Part shown: piece after piece, positions 16,733-23,061 of the stretch | How the letters are laid out: every line of letters begins with the position of its first letter | Position numbering within the stretch: the stretch's first letter is position 1 | Assembly (NCBI RefSeq): GCF_020969955.1 | Contig: NZ_JAHDSX010000039.1 | Location: forward strand, 1-23,061 | Direction of reading: 5' to 3' | Origin: Allobaculum fili | GTDB lineage: Bacteria > Bacillota_I > Bacilli_A > Erysipelotrichales > Erysipelotrichaceae | Length of the DNA stretch: 23,061 nt | Notes under the pieces: model-generated | Database searches by the model: none | What the model was told of the DNA's origin: nothing | Seen by the model: the letters and a program-made list of their open reading frames with translations, nothing else | Position numbers and translations under genes: made by a program

Positions 16733-18175
16733 TCAGGAATTCATCAGCTCGAGCGCTTTCTGGAACACCGTATCGCTGTCGTAGCCTTCGGTATTGATCT
16801 TTTCCGAGACTTTCTGGACGAGCAGCGCGAACGTTTTCGCATCCGCTTCGCCGGTCGTTTCCAGATCGTTATCGCTCTGGAACTGGCGCAGAGCCGCTTC
16901 GCTTTCGGGCGAATAGTAATTGTCGCCGCGTACCGCCGGATAGCCGAGCTCGCGCAGGAAAATCTGCAGTGCCGCGGCGTTGTCGTTCACCGTATCCGGC
17001 CGGATCGGCTCTTCGTCTTCGTTCATCAGCCGGTAGCCGACGCTCTGGTATTCTTCGACTTCAACCGGTACGTCCGGTTCGATGCCGACCATGTTGACCG
17101 ACGTTCCGTTTGGCGTCAGCCATTCGGCGACGGTGTATTTGAGCGTAGTTCCGTCCTCAAAGACTTTGTTCAGCTGTTCCGTGCCCTTGCCGTACGTTTT
17201 CGATCCGATCGTCGTGACCTTGTCCGGGATCTGATCTTTCAGAGCGCCGATCAGCACTTCCGAGGAACTGGCCGTCAGCCCGTTCTGCAAAATGTACACG
17301 TGATCAAAGTTCGCCTGATAGCTGTCATCGGCGACGGTAATTTCGCGCACGGTGCCGTCACGCAGCTTTTCCTTGAACAGCACGCTGTCGGCAGGCAGAA
17401 ACGCGGAAGCGATCGTCTGCATGGCGTGCAGATAGCCGCCGGTATTGCCGCGCAGATCGAGGATCAGATTTTTCGTGCCGGCTTCTTCCAGGCGCTTGAA
17501 CGCCTCAACCGCGTCTTTTCCCGAATTCTGGGAAAAGGACGAAAGATTCACCAGACCATAGCCGTCTTCGACATCAAACGCGACTGTGGAATCGTATTGG
17601 GCCGGGGTAAGATCCATTTCCAGCGTCTGGCCGTCGCGGCGCACCGTAAGGTGCACCGATGTATTCGGCTTGCCCTTAATGTATTCGATGATCTGATCGA
17701 GCGGCGTTCCCGTTCCGTCAAGATCATCGATTTTCAAAATTTCATCGCCGGCTTTCAGTCCGGCTTCATCCGCCGGCGAATTGATAAAAATCGATTTCAG
17801 CCGCATCGGCTGCCCGGCGTTCTGATAGCAGACCACTCCCAGGCCGACATTGTTTCCAGCGAGCTGCTGGCTGTAGTCGGTCGAACGATCGAGCGGCAGG
17901 TACATCGTATGCGGATCGTTTTCGAAACTCGTCATGCCCTCGAGCGCCTTTTCCGTCAGCTCGCTGTCGAGATTCGGGTTGTCGGCGCCGTAGTACCATT
18001 CGTTTTCCAGAATGTTCTTCACTTCTTCATACTTGGTGGTATCCTTAACCGCCTGTGCCTCGCTGGCCGCTCCCATGAAGCGATAGCCGGAACAGCCCGC
18101 CAGAGAGAAGCTCATCAGCACGCCAAGTGTCAGAGAAAGGCTTCGATTTACGATTGAATGCATCGTTTTCTTCAA
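16733..18175 (-). CDS. S41-family C-terminal processing peptidase lipoprotein with PDZ and C-terminal peptidoglycan-binding domains
   Basis: The lipobox is SLAGC-SG. The PDZ region is PADEAGLKAGDEILKIDD. The S41 core is LDLRGNTGGY...TASSSEVL...GSKTYGKG. The PG_binding_1-like tail is ALQIFLRELGYPA...ALRQFQSDNDLETTG. I propose a TTG start at 18175, 6 nt after the SD AAGGAGG, giving MKKTMHS. Alternative starts are ATG 18163 and GTG 18193. Confidence 0.85.
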   Translation of the reverse strand: MKKTMHSIVNRSLSLTLGVLMSFSLAGCSGYRFMGAASEAQAVKDTTKYEEVKNILENEWYYGADNPNLDSELTEKALEGMTSFENDPHTMYLPLDRSTDYSQQLAGNNVGLGVVCYQNAGQPMRLKSIFINSPADEAGLKAGDEILKIDDLDGTGTPLDQIIEYIKGKPNTSVHLTVRRDGQTLEMDLTPAQYDSTVAFDVEDGYGLVNLSSFSQNSGKDAVEAFKRLEEAGTKNLILDLRGNTGGYLHAMQTIASAFLPADSVLFKEKLRDGTVREITVADDSYQANFDHVYILQNGLTASSSEVLIGALKDQIPDKVTTIGSKTYGKGTEQLNKVFEDGTTLKYTVAEWLTPNGTSVNMVGIEPDVPVEVEEYQSVGYRLMNEDEEPIRPDTVNDNAAALQIFLRELGYPAVRGDNYYSPESEAALRQFQSDNDLETTGEADAKTFALLVQKVSEKINTEGYDSDTVFQKALELMNS

Positions 18176-18264
18176 AATAGACCTCCTTGGCACGGATTTG
18201 CGCTTTCAGGGCGCCGATCCATGCGCACAGGCAAAAGCCCGTATGCACTATACCACGCCCGTAT

Positions 18265-18295
18265 TTCAAACAAAACGTGCCCGAAAGGGCACGCT
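18265..18295 (-). terminator. Rho-independent terminator of corA
   Basis: The hairpin CGTGCCC-GAAA-GGGCACG (18276-18293) has a GNRA loop and is followed on the minus strand by TTTTGTTT. Confidence 0.75.
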
Positions 18296-18313
18296 TGGTA
18301 AATTCAATTCGGT

Positions 18314-19363
18314 TTACTCGCCGGGACGGTCGTCTTTGGGATGGAACGCCTTTGCCTGCGCCTCGTCGGCTTTTTCATCCTTGCGCGCCTGCTTATGATC
18401 TTCACGAATCGCTTTGTGAAGCTTCTTATCCAGGCTTTTGTCATGATGGAAGACGTTTTCCTTTTTCGCCTTGTCCGATCCGAGCCAGCGCCGCTTGCGC
18501 AGATACAGAATTTCGCCGGCCGCAATCACCAGCATCACTACAATAATGACCGCATATCCATGGCTGTATTTGATCAGCGGCATGTCCTGGAAGTTCATGC
18601 CGTACCAGCCGGTCAGGAACGTCAGCGGCAGGAAAACCGTCGAAATGATCGTCAGCAGCGTACTGACTTTGTTCTGGCGGTCCGACAGCTGCGTCTGCCG
18701 CAGATTCCAGATCTGGGACGTATAGTCCTTGATCGTGCTTGCCAGATTTTCGAGCTGCGTACTGTTGGCCAGAAACAGCGAGATCATCGCGTTTTCATTG
18801 GGCTGATCCTGCGGGATGATCGTCTCCTGCATCGTATGGCCGACCGCGGTCAGCTGCAGGTAGTAGTTGCCGAGAATGTTCATGTCACGCCGTGTCATCA
18901 TGATGTAGCGTTCCATGCCCGATTCCTTGTTTTCGAAAATGTTTTCCTCAATCGTTTCGAGCTTTTCGTTGTAATCCTCAAGAAAGTACACATCTTCCTG
19001 AATCATGTAGTTCATGAAGCGCAGCAGAAACTGAAAGGCGCTGCAGATATCGAGCGTGTATTCGTCCATAAACGCCTGCAAATAGCTGTGAAACGCCTTT
19101 TCGTCGCTGATAAAGCAAAGACTGTCATTTTCCAGAACAAACGCAAAGCTCATGCGATCCGCGATCGGCTGTTCCTTGCGCGGAATGACAAACGTACCCG
19201 AAAGCACGCCGCGATCGTACAGAATGCGGCAGAAGCGAATCGGATGACTCAGATCCGGCAGCGTTTCGCCGGTGAAATATTCCGGATTTCTCTTGCGGGC
19301 TTCCTCGCTGCTCAAAATCAGCAGCGCCTGATCGGGATGCGCCCTGTTCCAGCAGATATTCAT
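18314..19363 (-). CDS. corA: CorA-family divalent cation channel with an extended charged C-terminal tail
   Basis: The YGMNF signature lies between two C-terminal TM helices (VFLPLTFLTGWYGMNFQDMP...YAVIIVVMLVIAAG). The start is placed at ATG 19363 (MNICWN), which has the SD AAGAGGTG. Confidence 0.85.
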   Translation of the reverse strand: MNICWNRAHPDQALLILSSEEARKRNPEYFTGETLPDLSHPIRFCRILYDRGVLSGTFVIPRKEQPIADRMSFAFVLENDSLCFISDEKAFHSYLQAFMDEYTLDICSAFQFLLRFMNYMIQEDVYFLEDYNEKLETIEENIFENKESGMERYIMMTRRDMNILGNYYLQLTAVGHTMQETIIPQDQPNENAMISLFLANSTQLENLASTIKDYTSQIWNLRQTQLSDRQNKVSTLLTIISTVFLPLTFLTGWYGMNFQDMPLIKYSHGYAVIIVVMLVIAAGEILYLRKRRWLGSDKAKKENVFHHDKSLDKKLHKAIREDHKQARKDEKADEAQAKAFHPKDDRPGE

Positions 19364-19503
19364 AAAATGCACACCTCTTTTTAAGTCCACTCTACCTGTC
19401 TTTTAGCGGCGCGAAGGCTGTGAAAACCGAAAAAGCAGATCGCCGTTCCGATCGATACAGATTCAGGCTGTACCTTCTCTGTCTTTTCCAAAGAAAAATA
19501 AGC

Positions 19504-19532
19504 AAAAAAAATCGGAGGAAATTCATCCTCCG
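19504..19532 (-). terminator. Rho-independent terminator overlapping the XRE gene stop
   Basis: The hairpin CGGAGGA-TGAATT-TCCTCCG is followed by T8 on the minus strand. Confidence 0.65.
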
Positions 19533-19768
19533 TTCCTGCTTTCTTCCTCTTCGGTTCGTTCACTCTTGGGAACATATCGAAGTTCGACATCATACCCGAG
19601 ACCTTCCATGATCTGAATAAATGTCTTATTCACCAGCCCGTCTTTTTTCTTAATGATGTGATTGACGTACTGCGACGTCACGCCCAGTTTCTCGGCGAGT
19701 GTACGCTGAACAAGCCCTGCTTCCACGCACTTGACTTTAATGTCAACCTCCAGATTGTTCCGTATCAT
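19523..19768 (-). CDS. XRE-family helix-turn-helix transcriptional regulator, 81 aa
   Basis: The HTH is QRTLAEKLGVTSQYVNHIIKKK. ATG 19768 lies 6 nt after GGAGAAG. The track start at 19774 is a TTG. Confidence 0.8.
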   Translation of the reverse strand: MIRNNLEVDIKVKCVEAGLVQRTLAEKLGVTSQYVNHIIKKKDGLVNKTFIQIMEGLGYDVELRYVPKSERTEEEESRNGG

Positions 19769-20126
19769 GATCAACTTCTCCTGTCCTTATGATATGAATT
19801 ATACAGTTTTCATCTGATTTGAATATTATTTTTTCCACAAATAAGTTGAGTTCAATCATATTAATACAATCGTGCCAATCATCGACAGTACGTCTGAACT
19901 TGACTGAAACAAGCAAAACGGACAAAAGAAGCAACGATTTCGGATACATTGAAAGGAATCCGGTAAATCTTTCCCGACACTTTTTTCTGCCGATTTTTAC
20001 AAGTTCCAGTCGGATTCGGACCAGACCGAACATTCAAAAAAGCGAACAAAACGTGCACTTTCCGATTTCGATCTGTGGATTCGAAGAAAATTGCCAGTTA
20101 AAAAAATAAAACGAATACCTGATCGT

Positions 20127-20173
20127 AAAAAAGCGGATACCTCTTTAATTCCATGAACCGAGAAAGGTATCCG
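20127..20173 (-). terminator. Rho-independent terminator of the leftward tRNA unit
   Basis: The minus strand reads CGGATACCTTTC...GAGGTATCCG followed by CTTTTTT, immediately 3' of tRNA-Ala. Confidence 0.7.
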
Positions 20174-20188
20174 TATAGTTTCTAAAAA

Positions 20189-20264
20189 TGGTGGAGCGTA
20201 GGAGGATCGAACTCCTGACCCCCTGCGTGCAAAGCAGGTGCTCTCCCAGCTGAGCTAACACCCC
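20189..20264 (-). tRNA. tRNA-Ala (anticodon UGC), CCA encoded
   Basis: The 76-nt sequence folds into a cloverleaf with acceptor GGGGTGT/ACGCTCC including the G3:U70 identity pair, anticodon loop CTTTGCAC, T-loop TTCGATC and an encoded CCA. Confidence 0.95.
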
Positions 20265-20283
20265 ACATAACAAATCAGGAAAA

Positions 20284-20360
20284 TGGTGGGCCTGAATGGA
20301 CTCGAACCAGCGACCTCATCCTTATCAGGGATGCGCTCTAACCACCTGAGCTACAGGCCC
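20284..20360 (-). tRNA. tRNA-Ile (anticodon GAU), CCA encoded
   Basis: The 77-nt sequence folds into a cloverleaf with acceptor GGGCCTG/CAGGCCC, anticodon loop CTGATAA and T-loop TTCGAGT. It is near-identical in layout to the classical bacterial tRNA-Ile(GAU). Confidence 0.93.
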
Positions 20361-20379
20361 GTTTCCCGATTGCTCAATC

Positions 20380-20408
20380 ATATTAACAAAAGCTCCCATG
20401 CGGGTCAA
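20380..20408 (-). promoter_or_regulatory. Sigma-A-type promoter of the leftward tRNA unit
   Basis: On the minus strand, TTGACC (20403-20408) is followed by 17 nt and TAATAT (20380-20385). An A/T-rich UP-like tract lies upstream, and tRNA-Ile begins 19 nt downstream. Confidence 0.55.
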
Positions 20409-20635
20409 ACAAAAATGCTTCAAAAATCTAAAAAAATCGAATGAGGGGAATGGAAACGGAGAACAGCGCAGGGCGGAGGGAAAACGGTGTCCGTTCTTTC
20501 GCTTTCCGTGAAATACGCAATAATCTATGTTTCGTAATTCTTATAAGATGGGATTCCGATCAATATAGAATAGTTGCTGTCGATTGCGGCGGGCAGTTCT
20601 GCTTTTCTGTGCGCGATCAAAGCGAAAGAAAAAAT

Positions 20636-21202
20636 ATGAAATGCCCAAGATGCGGTGCTGTCGCTGAAGACAATTCTTCGTTTTGCCTCTCCTGCACTGC
20701 TTCTTTTAAAAACCAGGAAGAAGCCAGATCCTCCCTTCCGCAGGAAATGGCACCTGCAGAACAGAAGAAAGACGTGTCCGAAAGCCCGGAACAGCCCTGC
20801 ACGGCGGATGTCACTTTAGACCATCCTGCTTCTGCACAGTCGGAGTCCAAAATGCCGTCTGTTCCGGATCAGCAAGCGGCGGATTCATCCGATTCCAAAG
20901 ATCCCAATCCCAGTCTGGAAAAGAATGTACAGGATCCAGCCGAACAGACAACCGATAACGATTCTAAGGCCCGGTACAGACGGATCCGCCTGATCGTGGG
21001 AACGATTATTATCGTGATCGGCATTTTTCGAATCGGAACCGCCGGCTCTCCGCTGTCTTCCACTCCGTTTGGCGGCGACTTTTACACGTACGCCTATAAA
21101 GGAATCGTCGCTGCAGAATTGCTGAGCCGGGTAGAAGTGTCGCTGGGCTGGATTCTGGACGCGATCGGTGCCGCGATCGATCTGGATGCCTTCCGTCACT
21201 GA
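20636..21202 (+). CDS. Zinc-ribbon domain membrane protein, 188 aa
   Basis: It starts MKCPRCGAVAEDNSSFCLSC (CxxC...CxxC zinc ribbon). A Ser/Pro/Asp/Gln-rich linker follows, then the TM helix LIVGTIIIVIGIF and a hydrophobic tail. The SD is weak. The track's 65-codon upstream extension was rejected. Confidence 0.65.
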   Translation: MKCPRCGAVAEDNSSFCLSCTASFKNQEEARSSLPQEMAPAEQKKDVSESPEQPCTADVTLDHPASAQSESKMPSVPDQQAADSSDSKDPNPSLEKNVQDPAEQTTDNDSKARYRRIRLIVGTIIIVIGIFRIGTAGSPLSSTPFGGDFYTYAYKGIVAAELLSRVEVSLGWILDAIGAAIDLDAFRH

Positions 21203-21357
21203 TGCGCTTTTCTAGATGTTTCGTTGCGTTCGATGCAGCCTCCTGATGCGCCTCCGGGTGCACCTGCGGTATCCATGGTGTGCCGGGGGAGCAGCGGCAT
21301 GGACGGTTTTCATCGCTCGCCTCATTCAAAACAATTATGGAAAATGAAATAAAATGT

Positions 21358-21386
21358 TTGACCTTTTCTTAAGGCGATGATATTCT
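21358..21386 (+). promoter_or_regulatory. Candidate promoter of the rightward tRNA unit
   Basis: TTGACC (21358-21363) is followed by 17 nt and TATTCT (21381-21386), in the same layout as the leftward copy. tRNA-Ile begins 19 nt downstream. Confidence 0.45.
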
Positions 21387-21405
21387 AATCAGGCGTTAAG
21401 CAATT

Positions 21406-21482
21406 GGGCCTGTAGCTCAGGTGGTTAGAGCGCATCCCTGATAAGGATGAGGTCGCTGGTTCGAGTCCATTCAGGCCCACCA
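21406..21482 (+). tRNA. tRNA-Ile (anticodon GAU), CCA encoded
   Basis: It is 77/77 identical to the reverse complement of 20284..20360. Confidence 0.93.
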
Positions 21483-21510
21483 TTTTATTTATTTTTTTCT
21501 TACTCTATGT

Positions 21511-21586
21511 GGGGTGTTAGCTCAGCTGGGAGAGCACCTGCTTTGCACGCAGGGGGTCAGGAGTTCGATCCTCCTACGCTCCACCA
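21511..21586 (+). tRNA. tRNA-Ala (anticodon UGC), CCA encoded
   Basis: It is 76/76 identical to the reverse complement of 20189..20264. Confidence 0.95.
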
Positions 21587-21597
21587 TTCGTAAATTT

Positions 21598-21628
21598 ACC
21601 TTCAGGTAACTGCCTGAAGGTTTTTTTA
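21598..21628 (+). terminator. Rho-independent terminator of the rightward tRNA unit
   Basis: The hairpin ACCTTCAGG-TAACTG-CCTGAAGGT is followed by T7. Confidence 0.8.
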
Positions 21629-22109
21629 TACCCATTTGAGCGTAGAAGGCTTCATTTTGGATGAACGGAAACAGAAATGCAGAATCTTCTGAAGCATAAA
21701 ATTCTTTTTATCCTTCTCGTCGATAGTTATCTCTGCCGAACGCGATGCTTATTTCTGCCGGTAAAACCCGGCCCGTTTTGGCCTTAAGAAGACGGCTTTT
21801 CCAGAACGGTTTCGTTTCTTACGGGGGTTACCCAAAATTTCAAGTTCATGCCTTAAGACCGGGGAACAAGCAAGACTGCGAACGGTTTGTTCAGTCTGTT
21901 ACTCAAAAGAAATAGATCTTTTGGAAACCGCAGAGACAGAACTATGAGCAGTTTTCAACCAACTGTATACCCATCCTTTAAAGCACTCAGAATTTCAATT
22001 CCCCTCAAATTCTATGGCTCCATCAAAGCGCACTTATTCAGGGACTGTCGGATCGAATTGGTTCTGTTGCACATAAACAGACAGCCTCTACCGAAAGAAA
22101 AAGACCCGG

Positions 22110-22289
22110 TTAGGGGTCCACAAATTCAATGGATTCTATTTCATCAGGGAAATAAGCATTAAAGCTCTCATCAGCTTCCGTGACACCTATCGTGTCATCC
22201 GTTTCGATAGGATGATCGCCAGCTTTTGTCACATTTCCGATCCATACCCGCCGAGCATCGCCGTTGGTAAAAACAATCGTACGTATCTT
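22110..22289 (-). pseudogene. Possible start-less C-terminal gene fragment (...TIVFTNGDARRVWIGNVTKAGDHPIETDDTIGVTEADESFNAYFPDEIESIEFVDP*)
   Basis: This is a 59-codon open stretch bounded upstream by TGA. It has no in-frame ATG, and the only in-frame GTG has no SD. Its composition is protein-like. A weak hairpin GACCC/GGGTC plus a T-run overlaps the stop. Confidence 0.25.
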
Positions 22290-22818
22290 TCAACCAAATC
22301 CTAATCAAAAGATTCCAAGATTATTCCCCTTTCTGCAAAAGAATGGAGCGGCATGCTAACCGGTACTCCCAGGAGGCGTCTCAACCCGGTTCGTACTGGT
22401 TAAAGCCATAACAACGAACTTAACGCCATACAGCGCATTCGTTTTTCAAATTTCTCCCCGTAGAGAGTTTTTTTCTGAGAGCCGCTTTTGATCTTGCCTT
22501 ACTTTATTGCCAGAAACGCGGTGAATAAAGCTTTTGTCAGCGAACGGACAGAACAAATCCATTCTACGAAACTTTACTTTTCATAAAAATGTCTACATCT
22601 AAATCGACCGGCAGTAAAATGCCGGGAGAAGTGCACTGAACATAAAAGAGCTAAAACCGTCTGTCTTTAATGACGTTCGTACCGCTGCATGCTCGAGAGA
22701 TTCGACTGGAGCCCTAAACTTGTTAAGTTCTATTTCACCAGAGCTGCCACATTTTTCTGACTTTGATCCGTTATGGGGCGATTTGATCTTGGATTTTATC
22801 GGCTAGATCACCGCATAT

Positions 22819-23061
22819 TCAGAACAATTTCTCTCGCGGGCTGTCATAATCCTGCGCATATTCAACCTCTAAATTTCTGACTTGTTCGAGAAATTCCTTA
22901 GCTTCATTGTCGAAACCTTCTTTCGAAGGGAGGAATAAACTGTACCCCAGAAAGTGGACAATTTTTTTAGAGTCAACCTATTCCAAGGACACCCGATTAG
23001 CAGCGACCCCAACTACTGGACGATCGTTTTGATCTGTTCCCTAATTGCGGACACTTTCTAA
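22819..23061 (-). pseudogene. Possible disrupted gene fragment running off the window end (...SKEGFDNEAKEFLEQVRNLEVEYAQDYDSPREKLF*)
   Basis: One frame stays open from the window edge apart from two in-frame TAG codons (22978-22980 and 23041-23043). The last 52 codons contain no start codon. An open stretch of this length is statistically compatible with chance. Confidence 0.2.

Larger units (their letters stand above)
21629..23061. other. ORF-poor, lower-GC tract, either decayed DNA or unassigned non-coding RNA
   Basis: Only one track ORF of at least 60 aa occurs in 1433 bp, and it has no SD. Hand-counted GC for seven consecutive 60-nt lines is 33-52%, with a mean near 43%. All six frames are dense in stop codons. 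Confidence 0.5.

Noticed and set aside
19775-20125. The AT-rich tract considered as a possible replication origin.
   Set aside because: Only partial DnaA-box-like matches occur (for example TGTGGATTC near 20074, 7/9). There is no cluster of boxes and no dnaA or dnaN nearby.
20441-20635. The 65-codon upstream extension of the zinc-ribbon ORF.
   Set aside because: Zinc-ribbon modules of this type sit at the extreme N-terminus. The extension is Arg/Cys-rich, overlaps the divergent tRNA promoter region, and has no SD.
22978-23043. Two in-frame TAG codons in the otherwise open minus-strand frame at the window end, which could suggest amber read-through or recoding.
   Set aside because: TAG is used as a genuine stop in this window (pta, 8593-8595). 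Two stops in 81 codons is no fewer than expected by chance, so there is no support for recoding.
1-23061. A search by eye across the whole window for CRISPR repeats, IS inverted repeats with transposase, integrase, reverse transcriptase or retron, DGR repeats, group II intron domain V, and duplicated tRNA 3' fragments (att sites).
   Set aside because: None was found. The only exact long repeats are the two inverted tRNA pairs, and no partial copy of the tRNA-Ala 3' end occurs in either flanking tract within the window.

Overview
The window looks like a Firmicutes-type chromosomal core segment, based on a T-box leader, a THF riboswitch, an ECF folate S-component, lipobox lipoproteins and GGAGG-type ribosome-binding sites (SD). 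Core genes are roughly 55-60% GC by hand count. From left to right it contains: (1) a two-gene minus-strand unit of a small metallophosphoesterase and an unrecognised 296-aa helical protein; (2) a T-box-controlled polar amino-acid ABC transporter operon (binding protein, permease, ATPase) with a trailing class I/II aminotransferase; (3) the conserved unknown-function pair of a UPF0237 ACT-domain protein and a UPF0210 protein; (4) a 162-aa hypothetical protein; (5) pta, ispG, uvrB, ung with a 31-codon membrane micro-ORF, and folC; (6) THF-riboswitch-controlled folT; (7) an S41 C-terminal processing peptidase and a CorA-family channel; (8) an XRE-family HTH regulator; (9) two identical but inverted tRNA-Ile(GAU)-tRNA-Ala(UGC) modules flanking a zinc-ribbon membrane protein gene. 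The window ends with about 1.43 kb of lower-GC DNA saturated with stop codons. I found no CRISPR array, transposase, integrase, reverse transcriptase or recognisable defence gene. The least ordinary part is 19.5-23.06 kb, where both tRNA-Ala 3' ends abut compositionally anomalous, gene-poor DNA. I cannot demonstrate a new system from the sequence alone. The candidates worth follow-up are listed under findings with explicit tests. All family calls rest on motif recognition by eye, with no database search.
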